A stretch of 55,522 nucleotides of DNA, filler included, from Platydemus manokwari (lineage: Eukaryota), in NCBI GenBank assembly GCA_037951405.1. It is 5 parts of 5 records of this genome, joined end to end, with 100 filler letters (N's around TTAATTAATTAA, not from the genome) between each part and the next. Parts side by side here need not be neighbours in the genome. Positions count along the whole stretch, not along the records: positions 36,264 to 45,647 come from JBBMOY011255986.1; positions 45,748 to 55,522 come from JBBMOY011205988.1; 3 more parts are not named here. One strand, 5' to 3'. Shown here in pieces: positions 36,981 to 49,619 of the stretch; position 1 is the stretch's first letter; each line of letters starts with the position of its first letter. The notes beneath the pieces are model-generated. The model saw only the letters and a list, made by a program, of their open reading frames with translations, was not told where the DNA came from and did no database searches. The position numbers and the translations under genes are program-made.

Positions 36981-38409
36981 TTAGAGGTATATTGTGATTG
37001 TGCACCATGGATTAATATGTGGTTTTCGTTATTTTTGGGCGTTCCATGTTCTTTGTCTAATGTTTGTTAGTGTTGTTATTTAAAGAGACTTAATTTGTGA
37101 TCAAGATTAGAATTGTGATTAACTTGAACAATGTTAATATGATCTCCATGCTATTATGATCTTTTTTGGCACTGGTCGAGAGTACAGTTGAATGTCAGTA
37201 AATTCCATTATATTGAGTATTCGTGATTAATTTTAATTGTATTATTTTAATGTCTCCATTTTCTGTTTTAATTTTATCGATGAATATTGACATAATATAT
37301 CGCGCTGTAAAAGTTTCAAATTATCACCAAAATTAAAGATTTCTGGTATGTGTCCAATGGTATCTTTTGCTTTTCTATTTATTTGTTCTGGAGTCTTGGT
37401 AATGAATACCTCTAATTCGTCTCATGGTGCATCTTTTCATAGTGAAGATATTTGCTATTGGCAGCAGAAATTTTAAGATTGATAAACATCATATAATATT
37501 CTTGCGATAAATTTAATGAATTAAATTTTTAAAAATTATATTACATTGTTTTCTTAATTGTATTTAAACAAAACGTGTATAAATTTCTATTGAAAATAAA
37601 AATTATATATAAATTTATATATATTCAAAAAGAAAGAAATAATTGAAATGATATTTATTACAAATTTAATTCATGATTTCTAAAAGTGATTTTTTTTTAA
37701 TGAAAACAAAATATTAAAGCTTACAGTCTATATATGTGATTTATAAATTCGAAATGCACCATACAGATTGCCTAGAAAATTTTGATACCAATAATATATC
37801 TTCACTTTTATATATATATCCTTTTAAATATTTGCATAAAATGGAAAGATTGTGTTAATTTGTCTGAATTTATGTTTTACGATCTCTTTGAAGTAGTGTT
37901 TAAATGCGTCAAAGTTTATTGATCTTCCAAACATTTCAATCCTCGAAATTTCTTTAATTATTAAAATAAGCGTAAGTAATTTTTGTCTTTCTAAATTTCA
38001 TATTAATTTGGCCAGCATTTATCAGTTAACAGTTAATAAAGCCAATTTAAAGAGTAAATAATAAATGTATTGAATCGGGAGAATTTGTCATATTTGTTAA
38101 AAATATTTATTACAAATATATATTACGACATAAAAGTAAACCCCTAAAACTGTTCTCAAATTTATATTTATTTATGACTTAATGGTAATAGGATTTAATA
38201 TTAAAGAAACAATGTTTGCTAAAATTGTATTTATTTCCAAACACGATTGCAGTAACTCATTTATAATTTTTCCTTGAAAAATTTTTCCAATTCTCTTTAT
38301 AACAAAGTACACTGATAAAATTATCAGATAATTTTTAACGAAAAGAAATGGATTTCTGATTAACTTTGTTTTGAAAATCAATAATAAAAAAATCTGATCA
38401 TTTCTTTTC

Positions 38410-38490
38410 CATTTTGAAATAGCCCCCAATCCATCTTGTCTTGGAATTCTCGGATAAAATCTTCAGATAATTTTGGTTACATTGAAATTT
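38410..38490 (-). pseudogene. Relic of a virus-type tryptophan-repeat protein unit
   Basis: Minus strand reads KISM*PKLSEDFIREFQDKMDW then, after a 1-nt frameshift, GAISKW. This matches the ~23-aa repeat IS.YQKLSE.FIREF.DKVDW..IS that I recall from entomopoxvirus, other large DNA virus and phage proteins. Confidence 0.55.
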
Positions 38491-38634
38491 TATTTTTGTG
38501 ATGAAATCAAGGATATTGACGATTCATTCGTCAAGAGAAGGTATAATTATAATATATTATTAATTATTAATTATATAAATAATACTAATTGTGATCACGA
38601 GTTCGCAAAGTTAACATAAATATTATTTGATAAA

Positions 38635-39030
38635 AATAAATGAAAATATTAACCAATGTAACATTCTTTGTTGAGTAGAGACAATTAATGTAATCAAAAC
38701 AGGTTTTCCTATGCTAAGAGGTTATGTAAATACAAAATCGAGCATTAAAAATTGTTAAGCACAATCGAGACATTAGAGACAAATTCTGAATTAATATTTC
38801 TTTTGCAACGTGTCAGTAACATGGTTTAGCAGAATATTTTACAAAACAATTTTATGCAAATGATTTTAACTTTTCTAACAAGTTTAAAAGATTTTTCTGT
38901 CAAATTTATTCATTAGCTCTTCTACACAAGTTTAAATTTTTAAGTTTTTGATTTGAATTTTCTATTCAAATTTCACAACAAATGTTTTCGTCATACATTT
39001 GTCATATTTAATTTGAAAATGTTTCTCTAC
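38635..39030 (-). repeat. Repeat family R3, copy B (inverted)
   Basis: Reverse complement of 41610-42015 over about 400 nt with scattered substitutions and indels. Confidence 0.85.
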
Positions 39031-39329
39031 ATCTTTAGTTTATCTAGAAAACATGATTAAAAAATTCAAATTGAATGCCTTTTTCAAATTGCTTTGAAAG
39101 AATATCATGTTGCATTCATATTTATTAAATAATATTAATATTATTAATTCTTTTACCGTCTCTTCTAAAAGATGCTTCTGAATTTAAAATAAAATGTGCA
39201 CTTTTCATTTTACCCGGTGTTGCATCAACCCAGAGTTTCAATTTTGGTACAGCTTCATTTTATAGCTTCATTTGTTTCATTTGCAGTTGTTTTAAAGTTC
39301 CCGGTTGATAATTGTTGTTTTTCTTGATT

Positions 39330-40123
39330 TTATACAACGGGTGCGGATAGTGGTTTAGAAAATTTGGTTAGCAAAAGATTTAGCAATTAAAAAATTATGT
39401 AAAAATCCGGATTACATTGATGAAACTAAAGAGCATTTTCCTTGACAAGATGAATTATTAAAAAATCTTAAAAAGGATTTATATACATTTTGATTGTTAT
39501 TTATACACAAGATAAAGTTGAAAGATAAGAAAAGAAACTTTAGTTCAAGCATTCGAAATTTATTTGGAATTCCAAAATATAATTAATTTTATAAAGAATC
39601 TGGAATTAGAAGTAAATTTTTTAATGTTTCTCATGAAAATCAAATCATTTTATATCATACTGAAAATAAAGGAAAAGCTTTTTATGTAAAAAAACTTATT
39701 AGAACTTTGAAAAATATTATATGGAAATATTTTATAGCTGCTGGGATTTATAAATGGGATAAAATTTTGTTGCAAAATTCATTCAAGTATTGGTGTTAGT
39801 CCAATTAAAGCGATTAGAAAATCTGAAACTATTCATAGAAAAATTTAAAAAATAATTTGATTTTTATAATAATTTGAATGTTAAAGCAAAATTTAAAGTT
39901 TTAAATCCAGTATGATTTTTTGGATTTGAGAAAGGATATACAACAAAATATTCCAAATAAATTTTTAATTTAAAATCCAGTAAGATTTTTTGGATACAAC
40001 AAAATATTTCAAAGAAAATTTTAATTTAAAAGAAGTATGCAAAACTATTAAAATACTAATAGATAAATTAAATTAAATGATAAAAGGATTCTTGGAGGAT
40101 TTTACCAAAACGAGCTCGTATAA
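39330..40123 (+). mobile_element. Maverick/Polinton-type integrase pseudogene
   Basis: Broken frames give, in order, LKDKK, YHTENKGKAFYVKKLIRTLKNIIWKYFIAAGIYKWDKIL, IHSSIGVSP, KAKFKV, FEKGYTTKYSK*IF and ILGGFYQNELV. This is the motif series of Polinton integrases (KA..VERFNRTLK..MWKYF, HSSI.M.P, KFKVGD, F.KGY..NWS.EIF, I.G.FY..EL). There are stops, frameshifts and a small tandem duplication at ~39903-40030. Confidence 0.8.
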
Positions 40124-41609
40124 ACAATTATCTATGACCTTATTTGGTTTGGCGATTGACCTCCTGGTCAAATGCTTCAATAACTATAAGATTCCATTAT
40201 CGCCATCTAGTGTGGAACTTTTCATAGTGGGTTACGATGATGATCTTGTTGTTGTATCTGCAGATGCAGATGGATTGTGTGATAGGTTATTATTATTGTA
40301 AGTTATTATTATTGCAGTTATTATTGTAAGTTATATTTAATCGTTCACTTACTTGACAATTTCTAGTCAACCTGTCCTAATTGTAAATGAGCAAAATCAA
40401 AATAAATGACTTGGTGTTCATTTTCGTTGATCTAATGAAAAAGATATTGATCTGATTATTGCCAAATGTAATTTGGACTTTGAAACTAAATCGAGTTCCA
40501 AACCATATCAAATATTGGACGCTTCCTAAATATTAATCTAATCTAGATTGTCATTCCTTCGTAGAAATAGGAAATCAGTATCTTGACTATTACGTCACAA
40601 AATAAAAAAATTCTAATGGAAAAGCTTTCTATAGCACACAATAGGTACATATTAAAAAATGGGTATGATTACATATGCTATCTCCATTTTGTGTGTATTA
40701 AAATTTATTCTTATTAGGGGTGTTATTTATGAGAATTAATATAATTTTCTTTACATATTTATTGTGGTTATATTCGAATTAAGTTTATCGCATCAGGTCA
40801 ACCGTGTTAAAAATCTTAAGTAGGGTGTATGCTATGTGTTCTTATTATTTTTAAACATCAGAGAAGATCTCCACCTGGAGCAGGAAATTTACTATTATTA
40901 TGGTAAGTTATTAAATAAGTTTAGGAATAAATCTATTCTAAAAAACATCGCCACAGTCAATGCGTAAGTTAAACATAAATTTAAATGAATTAAAAAATTT
41001 ACATTATAATGACAACGAAAAAATATCAAAGCAGTGATACCAAATTAAAAGCAATAAGTAAATAATTGTTGATCTAAATATTAATGCAAAGCTTTTCCAA
41101 TCGAAATACAATATGCATTGTTAGTCGCTACTGTTTATAAAGAATTGAAAATCAATTAGAAAGCCAAGACAGATATATTTATATATAATAAAATTAAGAT
41201 TTATAATTTAAATTCTTTTTCGAAGTCATTTTTAATTTTAATTTATTTCTCATTTCTAACATAAATGAACATTAAAAATATTTTGTTTTCGAATTTTGGT
41301 AGAAAACTTTTTATCTCGTTACTATGGCTTTTCAGGTTTATTATTATTTAATTATTTATTCTCGAATCCATCATGTATATTAACACTTAAATTTTATTAT
41401 TGCACTTTCCTAATAGGTAAAAATATTAAAATAAAATCCACATTGAAGACTTTTCCATGATTTTACATTTTCACTGTTTAGCTGTTGTCTAACAAAATTT
41501 GATTAATAATATAACAAAAAAACCGTATGGTACCAGTTTATCTGAACTCCCCAAACACCAGAATTTCAAGAATAAAGATAAATAAATAAAAGGTGAAATA
41601 TGCCTGCTA

Positions 41610-42015
41610 TGTAGAGAAACATTTTCAAATTAAATATGACAAATGTATGAAAAAAACAATTGTTGTGAACTTTGAATAGAAAATTCTAATCAGAAAGTTA
41701 CAAGCTTAAAATTGTGTAGAAGAAGTAATGAATAAATTAAAATTATAAATTTGACAAGAAAATCTTTCAAACTTGTTAAATCAAAGTTAAAATCATTTGC
41801 ATATAATTGTTTTGTAAAATATTCTGCTAAATTATTTCACTGGCTTGTTTCGAAAAAAATATTAATTCAGTGGTTGTCTGCAATGTGTCGATTGTACTTA
41901 ACTATTTTCAATGATCGATTCACTATATACATGACTTGTTATCAACAGAATTCTGCTTACATTAATTGTTTTTACTCAACAACAAATATTATATTGGTTA
42001 ATATTTTCATTTACA
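41610..42015 (+). repeat. Repeat family R3, copy C
   Basis: See copies A and B. Confidence 0.85.
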
Positions 42016-42549
42016 ATTATAAATAATTTTTTATTTACTGGTTTTATTGTTTTTGCGAACTCATTGTTAACATTTAGTATTAATATATAATTCATAATTA
42101 ATAATACATTATCATTATATTTAATATTATATATTTATATTATTTTTATATATTATTATTATATTATATATTCTTGATTTAAACACAATATTAAAATTTT
42201 CTGTTTTATGACTTCACATTTATTTTATATTTGTTCAAATCTAAAATTTGTCAAAATGACAAGCTTATTATGAGCACAGATGAACGAAATGCGATAAAAC
42301 AAGTACAACAAAGGATAAAACGAATATTTATAAAAACAAATAAAATATAAGCTAAATATAATTGGGAGTAAATTGAGAATAAATTGCAAAACGCAAGTAC
42401 AAGTTAAAAATCACTAAAAATTTTGAAAAAATTCAGGAAATGAAGTTAACTTATAAATGTTTCTTATGTGACATTAAAGCTAAATAATAATTTTTAACAT
42501 TGAATTTAATTATTAAGTACAAAATTATTAAAATTACGAATTTAAAGTT

Positions 42550-42960
42550 CACATTAACAGTATTCAACTTTTTCAGTAACTGAAATATATAAACAATGAG
42601 CGAAATGGCGCATTATTTTGCCATTCAACTAGAAGATACATACATGTTATATGCTTGTTATGAAATTGTTCGGGAGTAGGAATATTGTAGAAAGATTATT
42701 GTTTGAATGTGCGCTAATTTAAAAAATTATTGTATAGCAGTGTGATATAATAAGAGGTATATTCTGAGCTAAAGTATCCAGCGGCGTTATCGGGACTTTA
42801 CCATAGTTAAATGAACTTGCTTCTATTAAGAAATGTATCCTAGTAATATTAATAAGTGATTTATAGTGTAATTCAAATATATCTCAGTTAGAATGACGTA
42901 TTTATTTTTATCAGATGCATCTTAAGTTGTATCTTTGCTAAATAAAGATATTATTGTAGA
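42550..42960 (+). mobile_element. Decayed hAT (Charlie/ZBED8-like) transposase fragment
   Basis: INSIQL, YFAIQLED (42614; F.IQLDE motif), NIVERLLF (42681; I.E..LF) and LSDA....LLN occur in the expected order with frameshifts. Confidence 0.45.
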
Positions 42961-43560
42961 TAATTACTAGAACAACGAATAATATTTCAATACCTTCATT
43001 TCAGTACCCAATTAAAGGCGAATTCAAAGGAAAACGTCAATTATCATTTTAATTTATTCTTAAATATGTGATTTTGTTTTACTTTATCCAATAACTCATC
43101 AATTAAAATATTTTTACGATGTGACATTATAAAAATGATAAAGGCTATATTAAAATGCTATAATATCTCGAATGATAATATTGTTAATAGCACGGATATA
43201 AAATTAATAAAATAATCAATTCTTTATATATTTATAATTTTATTTTTACCAAGAATAAGCTATTGTAGAAATCGAATGGTTATTGAAATCATTAAATTTA
43301 TAACAAAACCAATAAAGTAATTGTACAGACTCACACAGATAAAATTACATAGATTTTAGAAATATTTAGACAATAAATTCAAATAAAAAACTTAAATAGC
43401 TAAGCTGTATTCGGACTTAAAGCCATAGTTTGCCGACCCTTGTTTTAGAATTAAGATTATTTGACCAATAAAATTCATTGTCCAATCAGATTCGATTTTT
43501 AAATGAATCGTAATATTTAAAAAACATAGATTCATGAAATAATTCATTTCCACAACAATA

Positions 43561-44331
43561 ATGTTTGTAAGTACATTTCGTCTACTTTTGACTTATTTAA
43601 CACTTCACGATGTATCAAGAAAATGGGAATGTGGTAACGAAATGTATAATTATTATGTTATGAATAATGGTACCTTTGTAAGTCTAAATATTGAACCAGA
43701 TATGTCATATAATCCATTTTCAAATGAATTCAATAAGATTTCAAACACTGTCACTCTTTTCAGAATTGTTTCAGGATCCCATATTGATAGTTACGAATAT
43801 TTCACGGAATTCGTTTATAGTCCATCAATAATTAATAATAATAATGATGTCAAAGAACAGTTTAAAAGTAAGTTATTATTAGAATGGAATCATATTCGAC
43901 CAGTAACGATGAATGTAACATTGAAAGATGAGAACAGTAATTTGTTGGCATATCTCACATTTCAAGTGAAAGATCAAGATAGCGTAAAATCGTGGTTTAC
44001 TAAAGATAATTTGATTGCAACTTTTCCTTGGTTATTGGAGAAAGTTAAGCAACATAATTTTGATTATTTTAGTATAAATGGAAATGATAATCGACATTTT
44101 CATATAAGTTCACCTTTGCTTGGAAATTGTAATGAAGATAATGGAATGATAACCATTTATGATGAAAGCTTCTTACTTTGTGGATATGTGAAAAACTCAA
44201 CTTTACCAATAATAGGATATGTTGAAAAAGACGGTAGTCCTGCATATTATGAATCTTCAATGCGATATGCTCATTCATTTGAGATCATAGGAACTTATAA
44301 TGAATCCATTGAAATATTTGTCAGACAATAA
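43561..44331 (+). CDS. Intronless 256-aa putative secreted glycoprotein of unknown function
   Basis: 771-nt ATG-to-stop ORF in very AT-rich DNA with a hydrophobic N-terminus, sequons NGT, NVT, NST and NES, four Cys, CCAAT boxes upstream and AATAAA about 25 nt after the stop. The motif series FKSKLLLEW, WF...NL...PW, FSING..R.F.I.....C..D.G.......C resembles an uncharacterised extracellular domain I recall from marine invertebrate proteins. Confidence 0.8.
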   Translation: MFVSTFRLLLTYLTLHDVSRKWECGNEMYNYYVMNNGTFVSLNIEPDMSYNPFSNEFNKISNTVTLFRIVSGSHIDSYEYFTEFVYSPSIINNNNDVKEQFKSKLLLEWNHIRPVTMNVTLKDENSNLLAYLTFQVKDQDSVKSWFTKDNLIATFPWLLEKVKQHNFDYFSINGNDNRHFHISSPLLGNCNEDNGMITIYDESFLLCGYVKNSTLPIIGYVEKDGSPAYYESSMRYAHSFEIIGTYNESIEIFVRQ

Positions 44332-45647
44332 TGATTGTTTGCTTCCGTTTTCATAATAAATATCGATTTATCATGAAACTTTGTTTCGATACTACCAACT
44401 TTAAAACATAATTTTTTCGCGATGATATGACTACTGATTCAAGAATTACTAACATTTTAATGTCAAATAATTTATCAAATGACATTAAAATCACAGAATT
44501 AATTTAATTAAAAAGTTACGTCTTCATGCACATCAGTAACAAAAATTTTGCGTAATTTTATCAGGTAGATTTATCACATTTTCTTTGTTATCGATGTGCT
44601 ATATTTCAGAAAATCATTATAGATGACACTTAATTAATTTAATTTGATATTTGTTGTTTAAATTACTAATGGGAAGTAATAGAATTGGAGCGAGAATATC
44701 CTATGTATCGAGAAAAGGTTACCCTATAACAAATAATAATTACAAACAGGATAATTAAATTTATTATTATTATCATTATTATTATTATTCTTATAAAAAC
44801 TTTTAAATTTTTTTTTAAATAAAAATTAAAAACTTTTCTATAGGCATGATTTGCAATAAAATTTGTGAATTATTTCAATGTGGTGATTTCATACAACAAA
44901 TCAACGATTGATTATCAATAATTTATTCCGGTAAAATTAATATGAATAATTGTAGTCGATCAATTGCAATGTTGATCTGATAGATTATTATGTTATTTTT
45001 ATAGATATAATAATGACAACAATAACTGATACTAAAATGAATGTGATGCCAATTAAATTACAAAATGTGTCGTGATGAAGTTAATAATTCTTTAATAAGT
45101 TAATAAATATTTATTTTTTTAATCAAACACGGACAGATGCTCATTTCATCTTAAATTGTCAAGATTTCTCATCATGGATTCATAAAATTCATGAAAATCC
45201 AAATGAGGAAGTTATAATAATCTTTTTAATTGGCTGGAATTAGTAAGTTTTTAAATGTCAATATTTCGCATCGTTTCAACAGATTTTCGTTGTTATCGAT
45301 GTGCTATATTTCAGAAAATCATTATAGATGATACCTACGTTACGATTCACTCACCATATATATATAAAGAATACATAAGTATTGAGTAACAATGAAAATA
45401 AGGAGTATTATTATTATTATTATTATTTTTGTTTCCTTTAACTTAAGGATAAACAAGTGATTATCTAAAGATAAATTTCGTCTATTTAAAATAAATAAGA
45501 TTTTATTTATTTATAATTATTCGTCTATTTAAAATAAATAAGATTTATAAATGCGATTTAATTATTTACGTGTAAATCACAAATTATATGTCATCTCTAT
45601 CTTTTTCTTATCTTTCTTTCGTTCCATCCTGATAGTTATTTCTCTGA

Positions 45648-45747
45648 NNNNNNNNNNNNNNNNNNNNNNNNNNNNNNNNNNNNNNNNNNNNTTAATTAAT
45701 TAANNNNNNNNNNNNNNNNNNNNNNNNNNNNNNNNNNNNNNNNNNNN
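45648..45747. other. Artificial contig linker
   Basis: 44 N + TTAATTAATTAA + 44 N. Confidence 0.97.
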
Positions 45748-46169
45748 CTATGCAAAATGTACTTTAAATAAATAAATATTTTTCAAAAAAAACCGAAATT
45801 TTAAGGTTATACACCTAATAATTCTACTGTATTTAATATATATATAATGAATGATCATGAATGATCCCCAACAAATCAATACTGTGCTTGTAAAATTTGT
45901 GCACGAGAAATCGTAAAACAGTATTATGAGTAAAAAAACTATGCTTTGAATGGCTATCATTGGTTGTATATATAATATTTCATGTCACTATAAATAGAAA
46001 AGTTCTGTTACTAAGCATATGTTACTATTTTTTATGTATGTTGTTAATATGCCAGCATTTTCAGTCTAAATAGTTATTTTTCAGTAAGTTTTATTTTTAT
46101 TCTATCTTTAGACATTTTTCAATTTCTATTTTTAGATTTTGGTGCAATTTTATGTTATGATCTTGAGTC

Positions 46170-46500
46170 GATTAATTTTGATGTAATGAAACAATTTTTT
46201 AATAATTTATGAATATTTTTTATCGAAAAATTTGTTTAGTTGCCCAATTGTATTATTCCAATTTTGTCAACTATTTTTATCTTTTTATTAGCAATCATCA
46301 ATTCTTTGCAATAATTATCTCAGCTACTTTGAACATGTATGTAATTTTTTAGTTGTCTCTTTCACTAAAAGCTGTGCAAACTGTTTTATGGTTAAATTTT
46401 AATGAAATTATTTATACATTCTAATTAATATCACCTCAACATCCAGTGGCTGTAAAGAATGTATCCAGCCATTTCTGGTATAGAAATATGTAGACTTGTT
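46170..46500 (-). mobile_element. pogo/Tigger-type (DDE_1) transposase remnant
   Basis: Minus strand 46455-46438 encodes LQPLDV, the pogo hallmark, preceded by a frameshifted IP. Downstream IHKLLKNCFITSKL resembles the I..SF.KC.IS..L tail. Confidence 0.5.
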
Positions 46501-47689
46501 AATTAAAAAAAATTGAATACCCGATTACTCAATCGTTCGCGTCAAAACAAGATGAGTGGTATTGGACTATGTATTTACAGAAAAATGTAGTTCAATCCTA
46601 CTAATATACAATTAGTTAAATATCTCCAAACTTTTGTTATTATAATTTATTGGAATCAATGAGGTGATGAATTTAGATTTAAATTAAAATGTTATTCTCA
46701 ATGATTTAAACCATTAATTAACAAATATTAGTTAAACTCTGATAATTGATGTTTCCACAAAATATCCAACTCTTAACAGAAAATTAGGCCAGTGCTACTA
46801 ATAAATAAGGAAATATGAACGATATGTCACTTATATTTATAAAATATCTACAGTATGCAAATGCGATTTTAAAAGATACCGTGTTATGAACTGAAGAGCT
46901 TTTTAAATAATCGGCGGAGAGTCAAATATAAATTAAAAGAAATGAGTTTTTTAGGCTCCAAAAAGTTCTACACCGACTTTGTGGAGTTTTATAATTTAAA
47001 TGTGTTCAAATAATCTCCTACCATAGGCTGATGTACGATAATTAAAAATATGAACAATAAAAATGATTAGCATGGTAAGATTGAAAATGTAACAGATGAA
47101 ATAATATTCTGAGCTTCGAATTATTAGCGAATAAATAATTTCCAACGACGGTTATGAAGAAACAAATTATACTGTATAATTTCCAATGACGGCTGTGAAA
47201 AACCAAATGATACTGATATAACGGTAGAAATGAATTGAAAATTTTATGCCACTGATTAAGTCAGGCACCTGCTTTGCGTTGTGGTGTATGAATGATATTA
47301 GTCATAATTATTTTTTCCATGGTGATCTTGAATTTAATTGAATTCACTTAGGATACTCATACAGTTCCCGTGTAATGTGTAATACAAGGATTCACGTCTG
47401 TCACAAAACTTTTAAATTTTAATATTTTTCATTTAATTTTATGTATTTATTATTTTTTATTTTATTATAATTATGTATATTACTAATTTATATGTATGTA
47501 CATCCAACATAAAGATATTGAAATCTATTTTTGTCTCAATTGTTTTATTCTTGCACCGGATATAACCAAAAGGTGGTAAATTTACAATGATTGTGACGGA
47601 TTATTGGAAAATATGAAAAGAACTTAATGATACTGATTACAAAAATAGATGTTGATTGCAAATATTTTTATTGATAATTATGCACCGAC

Positions 47690-48037
47690 TCAACTTCCAA
47701 ATAAAGCTACAACTTTTGTTAAAACTATATATAATATCTTATATTTGCAATTTGTGTTTATTAAATTTGCATTCAAATATTTTTCTACATCCTCCATTCT
47801 TTTATCATTTCTTTCATTTAATTTTCTTTTTAAATCCTCCTTTCTTTTTTTCCTTAATTCTTCTATTTCTTGTTGAATAAACGATGCGTCTAAAAATTCC
47901 TTATTTTCATTTTTTACTTTTTTGCAATATTCTTCATATTCATTTTTCTTCTCTTCCCCAACGAATTTTTTTATTTCTTCTAGTAAATTGGCTAATCCAA
48001 TTGCCGTCCGGATTCTTAGATTGTCTGTTTGATTCAT
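47690..48037 (-). CDS. Hypothetical 115-aa E/K-rich coiled-coil protein (possibly mobile-element derived)
   Basis: ATG-initiated ORF with a charged, helical composition; no recognisable domain. Confidence 0.35.
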   Translation of the reverse strand: MNQTDNLRIRTAIGLANLLEEIKKFVGEEKKNEYEEYCKKVKNENKEFLDASFIQQEIEELRKKRKEDLKRKLNERNDKRMEDVEKYLNANLINTNCKYKILYIVLTKVVALFGS

Positions 48038-48178
48038 AATAAAATACTATCAATTAAATTAGAAATTAAATAATAACAAAAATCAAAATTTACTTGAACA
48101 AAAATAAATTATAAATCATAAATCACATTTAAAAAATGAATTTGTGTACTTACCTTTCCTTTTTATATGAATCCCTTT

Positions 48179-48292
48179 GGTTTTCCAAAATTTTGAAAAT
48201 AACCCACCAATAGATTTGTTGATGTTCATGGTTTTTCCAAAAATTTCGAAATAACCCACCAATAAATTTATTGATGTTTATGATTTTCCAAA
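48179..48292 (+). repeat. About 51-bp tandem duplication
   Basis: ggttttccaaaattttgaaaataacccaccaatagatttgttgatgttcat repeated about 2.2 times. Confidence 0.8.
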
Positions 48293-48649
48293 CAATTATT
48301 TTTAAATTCTCAATTTTTTTCTAACTATAATAATGATAATAATAATAATATTGATAATAATTGATAATAATAATATTAATAATATTGATAATAATAATGA
48401 TAATAATAATAACAATAATAATTCTACATACAAACTCGGTGAGAGGGGAAATTCTCAACATACATACTCAGTGTCTCGATAATTTCAAATTTCATCGATA
48501 ACAATGTGTATGTTTTGAAAATCGTTAACATGATTGTGTGTTATGTTATTGTTTAGATGGTTTTGAATTTAGCACATACTTGGAGGGGTACTGAGAAGAG
48601 TTTTGAAGGGGTTTCGAGCCTGAATTGAAAAAAATTTATAACTTTTGAT

Positions 48650-49191
48650 CTACTGAACCGATTTTAATAATTTATACATCAAATTAAATAGTATTAAATG
48701 GGGAATTTTAATAAGGACATCTACATATAAATTTCCAAATTCTTGTAAATTCCAATTGTCATTAATCTTTAATAAATCTTCTAACTTTTGTGGAAAATCA
48801 TTTATAGCATTTTCAGTAATTTCTTTCCCTTCAACTTTTGATATTTTTTTTGAATATATTTCTTTTGTAATAAAATTTTCTTTTCGAATATCACTAAGAT
48901 TTTTCAATATAATTTCAATTACTATTCGAATATCAACAACTTCCTCGTCATTCATGTATTTTAAAATATTATCAGTTCATTCTGAAATATATGAAATTAT
49001 ATTTTTATTTTCTGGAGAATGTTTAATGAATTTAACAAATTTAATAATGTCACTTGTATTATCAGGTAAAGTTATTTCATTGTTATTAATAGAAGTGTTA
49101 AATTTCGCTATATGTTTTTTGATTTTTCATGGTTTCTTAAACCTTGAGTAGTTTTAAATCAAAGGTTACAAATTCGGCACGGATGACTCAT
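48650..49191 (-). pseudogene. Intronless pseudogene with an N-terminal C2H2 (matrin/JAZ-type) zinc finger
   Basis: From the ATG at 49191: MSHPCRICNL*FKTTQGLRNHEKSK, a 1-nt frameshift giving (K)HIAKF..., a second in-frame TGA, then the listed ORF 48650-48955. Confidence 0.55.
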
Positions 49192-49619
49192 TTTTAAACT
49201 TTATTTTTTATTAAACATTAGATTTTATCAAACTCTAGTTTTTATTTAACTTTGGTTTTATTAAACATTCTCACACAGATAAATAGAAGATCTTAGGTTT
49301 ATTTTTTCTTCTTCCTTTGTTTCTCTATCTTTATACTACTATGTTATACTAGTTTTTGATGTTGCCCACAAGCACCGCGGAGAGAATCGTATTTAAGAAC
49401 TTCTTGTTTTACGCAATAATTATTATTCTCACTTAAAACTTTTAAACTTTAATTCAGTTGACCTAACTTTTCCACTATTAGACATATGATAACATGCATA
49501 ATCATAGAGTTAAGTATTAATTAATTCAGAATATACCTATATAAAACTTATGAAATTCACAGGATGATATTTGTATAATTTTTTTTAACTATTATAAATC
49601 TTATAACAATACATAAATT

